Of a stretch of DNA of 42,236 nt, positions 34,788-42,236 are shown piece after piece. Where the stretch lies: the NCBI GenBank assembly GCA_934467435.1, contig CAKSLR010000002.1, forward strand, positions 1-42,236. The letters run 5' to 3'. The translations under genes were made by a program, and so were the position numbers. Numbering within the stretch: the stretch's first letter is position 1; each line of letters opens with the position of its first letter. Below the pieces are notes generated by a model that saw nothing but the letters and a program-made list of their open reading frames with translations, was not told the origin of the DNA and did no database searches. The stretch is from an uncultured Eubacteriales bacterium (GTDB lineage: Bacteria > Bacillota > Clostridia > Oscillospirales > CAG-272).

Positions 34788-36008
34788 ATGGGCTTTTCCA
34801 AACTGCGCGTCGCCCTGATCGGCTGCGGCATGATCAGCGCGGTGTATCTGAAAAATCTGAAGAAACTGGATGTATTCGATTTGGTCGGCTGCTCCGACCT
34901 TCTGCCCGAGCGGGCGCGTACCCGCGCCGAAGAATACGGCATCCGCGCCATGACGAATGAGGAAATTTTCTCCGATCCGTCCATCGACATGGTCATCAAC
35001 ACCACCTATCCCCTGGCGCACTACGAGGTTGCGAGGGCGGCACTGCTGGCGGGCAAGCACGTGTACACCGAAAAAATGATCTGCGAAACCAACGGGCAGG
35101 CACATGAACTGCTCGCGCTCGCGCAGGCGAAGGGACTTTTCTTCGGCGGCGCACCCGACACGTTTCTCGGCGGCGGTATGCAGATGGCGCGGCGGCTGCT
35201 GGACAGCGGCGCGATCGGGGAGCCGACGATGCTGGAGGCATTCCTTGCCCGTTCCTACCGCCACGAGCGGTTTTACACCGGAGCGGAAAAGCGCTTTGCC
35301 TTCTGCCGGCACGGCGGCATTCTGTTCGATATGGGCGCCTATTACCTGACGGGTGCGGTCTTTCTGCTCGGCGCTATCCGGGAGGTGACCGGCTTTACCG
35401 CCATCCGCCGCCCCGACCGCGTGTACGAGAACCCGAACTCCCCGCTCTGCGGCAAGCCCATGACGGTGGAGAGCCCGAACCATGCCACGGGCGCGCTGCG
35501 CTTTGCGGGCGATGTCCTCGGCACCCTGACCATGACATCGGAATGCGGCGGCGGCGCGAACCGCTTTGTCCTTTACGGGACCGACGGTTACATCGACCTC
35601 GGTGACCCGAATCACTATGATGCCACCATCCGTCTGGTCGGCAAGAGCGGCAGGGAAAGCGTCATCGAAACGACCTTCGGTTACACAGGCGACAACTTCC
35701 GCGCCATCGGCGCGGCGGACGCGGCATACGCCATCCTCACGGGGCGCGCGCCCCGGTGCAGCGGCGCGCTTTGCTGCCACGTACTGGAGGCGGCGCTCGG
35801 CATCGCGCAGGCCTCTGCCACGGGTACGGCAGTCCGCCTGACCGGTGAGGTCGGCCGCCCCGCCCCCCTTGCCCCCGGTTATACCGAATACCCGGAACTG
35901 GTGTTCCGTGCCGAAAACGCATCACAGAAGAAAGGAAAAAGCCATGAAACAGATTTCGCTGCAAATGTACACCCTGCGGGAATTTATGAAAACCCCCGCC
36001 GATTTTGA
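34788..36008 (+). CDS. Gfo/Idh/MocA-family NAD(P)-dependent oxidoreductase
   Basis: Rossmann start LRVALIGCGMIS and EKM motif (HVYTEKM). GGAAGGAGG RBS. The 3' end overlaps the next gene by 65 nt, so the exact stop and tail are less certain. Confidence 0.75.
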   Translation: MGFSKLRVALIGCGMISAVYLKNLKKLDVFDLVGCSDLLPERARTRAEEYGIRAMTNEEIFSDPSIDMVINTTYPLAHYEVARAALLAGKHVYTEKMICETNGQAHELLALAQAKGLFFGGAPDTFLGGGMQMARRLLDSGAIGEPTMLEAFLARSYRHERFYTGAEKRFAFCRHGGILFDMGAYYLTGAVFLLGAIREVTGFTAIRRPDRVYENPNSPLCGKPMTVESPNHATGALRFAGDVLGTLTMTSECGGGANRFVLYGTDGYIDLGDPNHYDATIRLVGKSGRESVIETTFGYTGDNFRAIGAADAAYAILTGRAPRCSGALCCHVLEAALGIAQASATGTAVRLTGEVGRPAPLAPGYTEYPELVFRAENASQKKGKSHETDFAANVHPAGIYENPRRF

Positions 36009-36723
36009 AAATACCCTTGCCCGCGTGGCGGAGATGGGTTACCGCCATGTGCAGATCACGCCGCCCCCCTTCCATACGGGAGAGAGCCTTGCCAAATCGC
36101 TTGCCGCCCACGGACTTGCCGCCGATTCCGCCATCTGCACGGTTGATCGCATCCCCGAAAAAATGGAGGAGATTGTGCGGGATGCGGCAGCGCTCGGCAC
36201 CGATGTGCTGCGCACCGACTCGATCCGGGAAGCGGACCGCGGCAGCGAAGAGGGCTACCACGCCTTTGCCCGCCACCTTAACACCTGCGGCAAACTGCTT
36301 GCCGACCGCGGGCTGCTTCTTATGTACCACTTCCACGCCTTTGAGTTCGTGCGGTTTGCCGACGGGCGGCGGGGCATTGACATCCTGCTCTCCGAAACCG
36401 ACCCCGCAACCGTATTCTTTCAGCCCGATGTGTTCTGGCTGACCGCCGCGGGAACCGAGGCGAGCCGGTCGCTCACCCTGTTCCGCGGGCGGGCAAAATA
36501 CATGCACCTCAAGGACTATGTGATTCTGCCGGGTGCCGAACGGCTGGAGGAGACCCACCCCGCCTCCGCCCCCGTCGGCAGTGGCAACCTGTGCTGGAGC
36601 GAGATCTTCCGTACGGCGGACGAAATGGGCATTGCCAATTTTGTGGCAGAAGACGATATGGGGCAGGGCGACCCCTTTGCCTCCGCTGCGGAAAGCTACC
36701 GCTTTCTTTCCGCCCACCGTTAA
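35944..36723 (+). CDS. Sugar phosphate isomerase/epimerase (xylose-isomerase-like TIM barrel)
   Basis: MKQISLQMYTLRE start and AP-endonuclease-2/TIM-barrel pattern. ATG 35944 is preceded by AAAGGAAAAAG. Confidence 0.7.
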   Translation: MKQISLQMYTLREFMKTPADFENTLARVAEMGYRHVQITPPPFHTGESLAKSLAAHGLAADSAICTVDRIPEKMEEIVRDAAALGTDVLRTDSIREADRGSEEGYHAFARHLNTCGKLLADRGLLLMYHFHAFEFVRFADGRRGIDILLSETDPATVFFQPDVFWLTAAGTEASRSLTLFRGRAKYMHLKDYVILPGAERLEETHPASAPVGSGNLCWSEIFRTADEMGIANFVAEDDMGQGDPFASAAESYRFLSAHR

Positions 36724-36726
36724 AAA

Positions 36727-36764
36727 AGAAACACCGGAACAACCGTCCCGGTGTTTCTTTTTTA
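36727..36764. terminator. Bidirectional terminator between the isomerase gene and rubredoxin
   Basis: aaaaa-agaaacaccgg-(10 nt)-ccggtgtttct-ttttt. Confidence 0.85.
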
Positions 36765-36786
36765 TGCAGTACAACCTGCGTTTGCC

Positions 36787-36948
36787 TCAGTCAAGGGCTT
36801 CTTCAAAATCTTCCTTGCCGGCACCGCAGAGAGGGCAGGCGAAATCTTCGGGCAAATCTTCAAATGCCGTACCGGGCTCAATGCCGTTTTCGGGATCCCC
36901 GGTCTCTTCATCATACTCCCAGCCGCAAAGGGTGCATACGTACTTCAT
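36787..36948 (-). CDS. Rubredoxin (53 aa), absent from the ORF track because it is under 60 aa
   Basis: The minus-strand translation is [53 protein letters not shown], with both CxxCG knuckles. AAGGAG RBS. Own promoter at 36987-37014. Confidence 0.9.
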   Translation of the reverse strand: MKYVCTLCGWEYDEETGDPENGIEPGTAFEDLPEDFACPLCGAGKEDFEEALD

Positions 36949-36986
36949 ACTGTATCTTTTGCTCCTTATTCATGATTTCATTATAC

Positions 36987-37014
36987 AGTATAGCGAATTT
37001 TTTCCGTACGTCAA
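36987..37014 (-). promoter_or_regulatory. Sigma-A type promoter (TTGACG-16-TATACT) for rubredoxin
   Basis: On the minus strand, TTGACG is at 37014-37009 and TATACT at 36992-36987. Confidence 0.5.
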
Positions 37015-37033
37015 GAGGAAGATGTAAATTTTT

Positions 37034-37351
37034 TTAGGACTTGTCCTCCAAAAGAGCAAGGATGGCATCTTTCGGACGGGCCCCGACCGCATGGGCAACC
37101 ATTTCGCCGTCCTTCACCACCGCCAGCATGGGAATGCTCATCACCCCGAAACGGCGAGCAAGCGCGCCCTCCTCATCCACATTAATCTTTCCGACGCGGA
37201 TATCCGTCCGCTCTTCGCCGATCTCATCTACAAGCGGCGATACCATGCGGCAGGGACCGCACCAATCCGCATAAAAATCGAGCAGCACCGGCACGGGTGA
37301 CGCCGCAACCAGTTCCTCGTAATTCTCTTCCGTGATTTTCAAAACCGCCAT
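37034..37351 (-). CDS. trxA: Thioredoxin
   Basis: 105 aa, WCGPC active site, GGAGGAG RBS. Confidence 0.95.
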   Translation of the reverse strand: MAVLKITEENYEELVAASPVPVLLDFYADWCGPCRMVSPLVDEIGEERTDIRVGKINVDEEGALARRFGVMSIPMLAVVKDGEMVAHAVGARPKDAILALLEDKS

Positions 37352-37417
37352 TTTCTTTCTCCTCCTTTTTTCCTAGTCTGTCCGCGCGAGCATGGTTTGA
37401 TTCCTCCGCGCAGTTTC

Positions 37418-37446
37418 AGTATAGCACGCGGTGCGCCAAATGTCAA
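37418..37446 (-). promoter_or_regulatory. Sigma-A type promoter (TTGACA-17-TATACT) for trxA
   Basis: On the minus strand, TTGACA is at 37446-37441 and TATACT at 37423-37418. Confidence 0.6.
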
Positions 37447-37474
37447 GCGTGCCGCGCACTGACAGAAAAAGGGC

Positions 37475-37504
37475 TTGACAGAGGCGCTCGCCATGGAGTA
37501 TAAT
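37475..37504 (+). promoter_or_regulatory. Sigma-A type promoter (TTGACA-18-TATAAT) for the SGNH hydrolase gene
   Basis: TTGACA 37475-37480, TATAAT 37499-37504. Confidence 0.6.
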
Positions 37505-37539
37505 TAAGGAAAAAAACAAAAAGGAGTATCTTTAAAATT

Positions 37540-38205
37540 ATGATATTTGAAGATGGAGACCGACTGTTGTTTGCGGGAGATTCCGTTACCGATATGGGCA
37601 GCCAGAATCCCGTTGGCGAGAACGGCGATGCGCTCGGGCAGGGCTATGTGCGGGAAGTAGACAGCCTGCTTTCCGCCGTGTACCCCGAAGTGCGGGTTCG
37701 CGTGACCAACGCAGGCATCTCGGGCAATACCAGCCGCGACCTGCTTGCACGCTTTGAGCGGGATGTGGTTTCCCTGCACCCCGACTGGCTGAGCATTCTG
37801 ATCGGCGTCAACGATGTGTGGCGCCAGTTTGACACACCCACGCTGCCGAACCGCGCCGTGAGCCCGGAAGAATACCGTGAAAATGTAGAAAACATGCTGC
37901 TTGCCGTCAAGGGGAAGGTGAAGGGCGTGTTCCTTATGACCCCCTATTACATGGAACCGCTCGCGGCGGACGCAATGCGCGCGCGCATGGACGAATACGG
38001 CACCATCTGCCGGGAACTGGCAGAGAAGCACGGCGCGACCCTGATTGACCTGCAAGCCATGTTCAACCGTTACTTTGCCCTGCGGCACTCCTCCTCCATT
38101 GCCTGGGATCGGATTCACCCCAACCGCATCGGGGCGCTGCTCCTTGCGCGGGAGTTCCTCTCGCACACGGGCTTTGATTACCGGCATACGCCGACCCTGC
38201 CCTGA
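37540..38205 (+). CDS. SGNH/GDSL-family hydrolase
   Basis: Block I FAGDSVTD, block II NAGISG, block III GVND, block V DRIHP. Confidence 0.8.
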   Translation: MIFEDGDRLLFAGDSVTDMGSQNPVGENGDALGQGYVREVDSLLSAVYPEVRVRVTNAGISGNTSRDLLARFERDVVSLHPDWLSILIGVNDVWRQFDTPTLPNRAVSPEEYRENVENMLLAVKGKVKGVFLMTPYYMEPLAADAMRARMDEYGTICRELAEKHGATLIDLQAMFNRYFALRHSSSIAWDRIHPNRIGALLLAREFLSHTGFDYRHTPTLP

Positions 38206-38243
38206 AGGCAGCACGGAAAAAAACAGGAAACGGAGGGAACCCC

Positions 38244-39017
38244 ATGCTGCTTGCCGTTGACATCGGCAATTCCAACATTCATTTCGGCGTATTTGAAGCG
38301 GACGGTACCCTGCGTGCCGAGGGCAGCATAGCTGCCCGCACGCCCCGCTCGCCCGAGGAATACGCGGTGCTGATGGAGGGAATCCTGCATCTGCACGGCG
38401 TTTCACGCGGGGAGGTGACCGAAGGGATTCTTTCCTCGGTCGTTCCCTCCCTTTCCGCCCCGATCCGGGCTGCCGTGCATCTTCTGTTCGGCGTTCCGCT
38501 ACCCGAAGTGGGCGCCGGCATGAAGACCGGGCTGCGGATTCATGTGGATGACCCCGCCCAACTCGGCGCCGACCTGGTGGCGAATGCCGTTGCCGCCGCC
38601 ACGCTGCTGCCCCCGCCCTTTGCGGTGGTGGATGCCGGCAGCGCCACCACCTTTACCGTGGTGGATGCGGCGGGAACGCTTTGCGGTGTGGTCATTGCAC
38701 CGGGGGTAGGCATGTCGTTCCGCGCCCTGGCAAATGATGCCGCACGGCTGAGCGATGTGCCGCCGCTTCCCCCGCACCGCCTGCTCGGCAAAAACACACG
38801 GGACGCGGTCAGCGCAGGTGTGCTCCGGGGGCACGCCATGATGGTGGACGGCATGCTCTGCGCCATCGCGCAGGAACTGGGGGAAAAGGAGTTGCCCGCC
38901 GCCCTGACCGGCGGTTATGCTGCGGCGCTGCTGCCGCTGTGCGGAAGTACGCTGCGCCACCTGCCCTCCCTCACTCTCGAAGGGCTCTTTGAAATTGCCC
39001 GCAAAAACCGGAAATGA
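38244..39017 (+). CDS. coaX: Type III pantothenate kinase
   Basis: MLLAVDIGNSNIHFGVF start and ASKHA-fold motifs (VVDAGSATT, GKNT). Confidence 0.9.
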   Translation: MLLAVDIGNSNIHFGVFEADGTLRAEGSIAARTPRSPEEYAVLMEGILHLHGVSRGEVTEGILSSVVPSLSAPIRAAVHLLFGVPLPEVGAGMKTGLRIHVDDPAQLGADLVANAVAAATLLPPPFAVVDAGSATTFTVVDAAGTLCGVVIAPGVGMSFRALANDAARLSDVPPLPPHRLLGKNTRDAVSAGVLRGHAMMVDGMLCAIAQELGEKELPAALTGGYAAALLPLCGSTLRHLPSLTLEGLFEIARKNRK

Positions 39018-39093
39018 CGACCGGAGAACCCGGTCTTCATTATAAAACATTGCGTTGCACCCGCAAGGGGCGACAGCAGAAACGGAGTTATTT

Positions 39094-39708
39094 ATGAAAA
39101 ACGCAAAGACCCGCACGAACCTGGTACAGATGACACAGTTGGCCATACTGATCGCCATTATGCTCCTCCTCGCCTTCACGCCCATCGGCTACTTAAAAGC
39201 CGGCGTCATTGAGATCACCTTTATGGTGCTGCCGGTCGCGATCGGCGCCACCCTGCTCGGCCCTCTCGGGGGCGCCGTTCTCGGCGGTGTTTTCGGGCTG
39301 ACCAGTTTTTTGCAGTGCTTCGGCATATCCCCCTTTGGCACCTTTCTTTTCGGGCTGAATCCTGTTCTCACCTTTCTTACCTGTGTGGTACCGCGAATTC
39401 TCTGCGGGCTTCTGTCGGGACTCTTCTTCCGCCTGCTGCAGAAATGGGACCGGATGCACATTGCCTCCTACTTTTTTGCATCGCTTTCCACGGCGCTGCT
39501 CAACACACTGTTCTTCACGGGGGCGCTGATTCTTTTCTTCTGGCACAACCCCCTCTTTCTTTCCCAAATGACGGAATGGGGCATGCCGCTGGATACGCTG
39601 TGGGTATTTCTTGTTGCCTTTGTCGGGCTGAACGGGCTGGTGGAGGCAATCGCCAACGCCGTTCTCGGCGGTGCAATCGGCAAAGCGCTCTCCCACTTTG
39701 TCCACTGA
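39094..39708 (+). CDS. ECF transporter S component (substrate unknown; pantothenate is plausible given the adjacent coaX)
   Basis: Protein of about 200 aa with 6 TM helices and an ECF-S-like pattern (LAILIAIMLLLAFTPIGYL..ITFMVLPVAIGATLLGP). ATG 39094 is preferred over the track start 39055. Confidence 0.65.
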   Translation: MKNAKTRTNLVQMTQLAILIAIMLLLAFTPIGYLKAGVIEITFMVLPVAIGATLLGPLGGAVLGGVFGLTSFLQCFGISPFGTFLFGLNPVLTFLTCVVPRILCGLLSGLFFRLLQKWDRMHIASYFFASLSTALLNTLFFTGALILFFWHNPLFLSQMTEWGMPLDTLWVFLVAFVGLNGLVEAIANAVLGGAIGKALSHFVH

Positions 39709-39723
39709 AAACAAAAATAAAAA

Positions 39724-39751
39724 ACGGCTGCGCCGGGCGCAGCCGTTTTTT
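39724..39751. terminator. Bidirectional terminator between the ECF-S gene and trkH
   Basis: aaaaa-acggctgcgc-cggg-cgcagccgt-ttttt. Confidence 0.85.
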
Positions 39752-41189
39752 ATTTTCTCTTCCACGCAAGGGGAGAAAACAGTATGACAATCGGAATAAT
39801 CTCCAGCCGCCCGAGCAGCATATCAAAGGAGAGAACCACTTTGGAGAACACCGAAAAATCCGCAAAATTACCGGCGGGTCCCACCATGCCAAGCCCGGGA
39901 CCGACGTTGTTGAGGCAGGTCAGCACCGCGGTAACCGTACTCTCGGCGTCAAAATTATCAAACGAAAGAAGAAAACAGGACGCTACGATAATGGCGGCAT
40001 ACAGAAGGAAGTAGTTGCCCGCACCGCGCACCGTTTCCTCCGGCACCGCCTCCCCGTCCAGGCGCACCACATTGACCGAACGCGGGCGCAGGGCATGGCG
40101 CACCTCCCGCTTCATGCTCTTGCAGAGCAACAGCACACGGGAGAGTTTCAGCCCGCCGGCGGTCGAGCCGGCGCACGCCCCCGTCAGGGTCAGGCAAAGC
40201 AGAACGGCTTTGGTCAGCGCCGGGAAGGTGTTATAATCCACCGTGGCAAAGCCGGTGGTCGAAATAATGGACGTCACCTGGAAGAACGCCGACCGCAGGG
40301 CATCCCCGAAATTTTCAAACAGGGAGAGGGTATTTGCCGTGATGATTGCCGTGGAAAGCCCGCAGAGGATCAGGTAGATGCGCAGTTCTTCGTTGTGAAA
40401 AACGTCCCGCACCCGGCGCATGAGAAGGAAAAAATAAATGTTGAAGTTCACGCCGAACAGCAGCATAAAGACGGCAATGACCCATTCGGCGGCGGGATTG
40501 GCATAGCCGGCGATGGAGGCGTTTTTGACTGCAAAACCTCCCGTTCCCGCCGTGGCAAGGGCATTGACGCACGAATCGTAAAAGGGCATGCCCGTGGCGC
40601 AGAGCACAAGAATCTGCAGGATTGTCAACCCCACATAAATCGCATACAGGATGAGAGCGGTATTTTGCAGGCGCGGTACCAGTTTGCTCTTCTGCGGTCC
40701 CGGCATCTCCGCCCGCAGGATGTGAATGGCGCCGCCGTCCCCGGTCGGCAGGATGGCAAGCATGAAAACCAGCACCCCCATACCGCCGATCCAGTGGGTA
40801 AAACTGCGCCAGAAAAGAATGCCGCGCGGCAGATTTTCCACCGTCCGTAAAATAGTGGAACCGGTGGTGGTAAAGCCGGAAACGGTTTCAAAAAACGCAT
40901 CAATGTACTGCGGGATGGCACCGCTGAACACAAAGGGCAGCGCCCCAAAGGCGGAAAGCAGAATCCACGCCGCGGCAACGCACACAAACCCCTCCCGCGC
41001 ATAAATGCGCGTGTTTTTCGGTTTCTGCAGCACCGCAGGCAACCCGACGCAAAGCAGCGCCGCCAGGGTGAGCAGATACGGCACGGGCGACTCCCCGAAA
41101 AGCAGCGCCACCGCAAGCGGCAGGAGCAGGAACGCCCCCTCGATGAGCAGCAGCACACCGAAAAGGTAACCTAACATTCGATCATTCAT
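39750..41189 (-). CDS. trkH: Potassium uptake protein TrkH family
   Basis: 479-aa polytopic protein with TrkH/KtrB-like selectivity-filter repeats (SGFTTTGS, TTGFATV, ATAGTGGF, AGSTAGG). Confidence 0.9.
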   Translation of the reverse strand: MNDRMLGYLFGVLLLIEGAFLLLPLAVALLFGESPVPYLLTLAALLCVGLPAVLQKPKNTRIYAREGFVCVAAAWILLSAFGALPFVFSGAIPQYIDAFFETVSGFTTTGSTILRTVENLPRGILFWRSFTHWIGGMGVLVFMLAILPTGDGGAIHILRAEMPGPQKSKLVPRLQNTALILYAIYVGLTILQILVLCATGMPFYDSCVNALATAGTGGFAVKNASIAGYANPAAEWVIAVFMLLFGVNFNIYFFLLMRRVRDVFHNEELRIYLILCGLSTAIITANTLSLFENFGDALRSAFFQVTSIISTTGFATVDYNTFPALTKAVLLCLTLTGACAGSTAGGLKLSRVLLLCKSMKREVRHALRPRSVNVVRLDGEAVPEETVRGAGNYFLLYAAIIVASCFLLSFDNFDAESTVTAVLTCLNNVGPGLGMVGPAGNFADFSVFSKVVLSFDMLLGRLEIIPIVILFSPLAWKRK

Positions 41190-41192
41190 GGT

Positions 41193-42236
41193 TTACAGAA
41201 TATCCTTGATACTGTTCATTTGTCCGCGGCTGGAAATGACAATGACGGTATCGCCGCAACGGATACAGTCACCGCCCGTGGGGATGAGAACGCCGCCCTC
41301 TCCCACAATACAGGCAATCAGCACGCCGGCGCGGCAATGGAGTTCCCGCAGCGGCACCCCGGTCAGTCCGGCAATCTCCTCTTTCACCACAAATTCCAGC
41401 GCTTCAATGCGCCCTTCCATAATGCGGTAAAGCGACTCAATCTCCGAGTCATGCGCATTTGCCATGGAGCGGACATAGCGGAGAATGGTGGAGGTGGTAG
41501 AGGACTTGGGAGACACCACGCTCTCCAGCCCCACGCCCTTGAAGAAATCCACATACGGCATGGCGCTGATCATGGTAATCACCTTCTCTACCCCCTGGGT
41601 CTTGGCATACAAAGAGATAATGGCGTTTTCTTCATCCACATCCGAAAGGGCGAGAAAAGCATCGGTCGTGGCAATGCCCTCTTCCCGCAAAAGTTCCTGC
41701 CGGCTTCCGTCATCGCAGATCACGGTGCAGGAATACTGCTCCGCCAGCGCATGGCAGCGCTGCTTGTCTTTTTCAATCACCGTGGCGCGGATGCCCGCAT
41801 TCCGCAGCATTTCAAGGAGATAATAGACCGTGCGTCCGCCGCCGACAATCAGCACATCCTTCACCGGCTTGCGGTAAACCCCGATTGCTTTGAAGAACTG
41901 GGTAATCTCTTCGTCCGGCGCGGTGACGCACACCGCATCCCCCGCCTGCAGAATAAAATCGCCCGAGGGAATATAGGCATCCTCTCCCCGCAGGACACCG
42001 CACACAAGGAAACGCAGGTTCAGTCTGGCGCGCAGATCATTCAGCGTCACGCCTGCAATGGGGGAATGTGCGCCCACCACAAATTCCGCCATCTCCACCT
42101 TACCGTGGCAGAAGGTTTCAATCTTGGCAGCGGAAGGAAACCGCAGTGTACGGTAAATCTCCCCCGCCGCGGCAAGTTCGGGGTTGATGGTGAGGGAGAG
42201 GTTCATCTCTTTCTGCATCAGGTTCATCAGTTCCGA
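41193..42236 (-). CDS. trkA: Potassium uptake protein TrkA (RCK domains); N-terminus lies beyond the window
   Basis: The frame is open to the window edge. A second Rossmann domain (VLIVGGGRTVYYL) and RCK_C domains are present. The gene lies immediately upstream of trkH. Confidence 0.85.
   Translation of the reverse strand, partial: SELMNLMQKEMNLSLTINPELAAAGEIYRTLRFPSAAKIETFCHGKVEMAEFVVGAHSPIAGVTLNDLRARLNLRFLVCGVLRGEDAYIPSGDFILQAGDAVCVTAPDEEITQFFKAIGVYRKPVKDVLIVGGGRTVYYLLEMLRNAGIRATVIEKDKQRCHALAEQYSCTVICDDGSRQELLREEGIATTDAFLALSDVDEENAIISLYAKTQGVEKVITMISAMPYVDFFKGVGLESVVSPKSSTTSTILRYVRSMANAHDSEIESLYRIMEGRIEALEFVVKEEIAGLTGVPLRELHCRAGVLIACIVGEGGVLIPTGGDCIRCGDTVIVISSRGQMNSIKDIL

Noticed and set aside
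35944-36008. The 65-nt overlap between the Gfo/Idh/MocA ORF and the isomerase gene as evidence of a frameshift.
   Set aside because: Both ORFs are individually complete with plausible lengths and RBS. The tail of the oxidoreductase may simply be a read-through extension. Nothing in the sequence proves a lesion.
1-42236. Search for CRISPR arrays, tRNA/rRNA genes, IS elements, integrases, prophage or defence-system genes.
   Set aside because: By eye I found no regularly spaced direct repeats, tRNA-like T-arm motifs or rRNA-like stretches. No translation resembles a transposase, recombinase, nuclease-helicase or other defence hallmark. The only tandem repeats are the coding zinc ribbons and the DnaA-box cluster.

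Overview
This is a GC-rich chromosomal segment. Gene content and synteny look Clostridia/Firmicutes-like, which is an inference. It is almost entirely core housekeeping. I call about 40 protein genes:
- Translation, repair and cofactor genes: lepA (3' end), hemW, a DUF1292 gene, dxs, tgt, mutL, mutS, a YmcA/YlbF-like gene, miaB, nrdD, rnc, map, aroQ, comM/yifB, coaX.
- Envelope and stress genes: an SPFH/zinc-ribbon gene, a transglutaminase-like lipoprotein and a VTC-domain gene.
- Transport genes: a znuACB zinc ABC operon with two unknown flanking genes, an ECF S-component, and trkH-trkA.
- Redox and other genes: trxA, a 53-aa rubredoxin that is missing from the ORF track, and an SGNH hydrolase.
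- Two AraC-linked sugar clusters: GH5 with a DUF4091-like gene, and Gfo/Idh/MocA with a TIM-barrel isomerase.

I found no tRNA or rRNA genes, CRISPR array, transposase, integrase, prophage genes or recognisable defence genes. I do not see a convincing new multi-gene system.

The features most worth a second look are:
1. A dense cluster of nine DnaA-box-like 9-mers in the gap between convergent genes at 33.63-33.78 kb.
2. An in-frame TAA at a conserved Tyr codon of an otherwise intact dxs.
3. An uncharacterised operon at 24.5-27.8 kb. It encodes a large polytopic membrane protein, and its two distal ORFs look like one gene broken by a TGA and a 1-nt shift in an A5 run.
4. Two unknown small proteins bracketing znuACB: a Cys-rich membrane protein and a lipoprotein with a CC motif.
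5. Two hairpin-dense non-coding spacers, at 2.07-2.35 kb and 15.43-15.84 kb.

All functional calls come from reading motifs in the supplied translations. No database search was possible.
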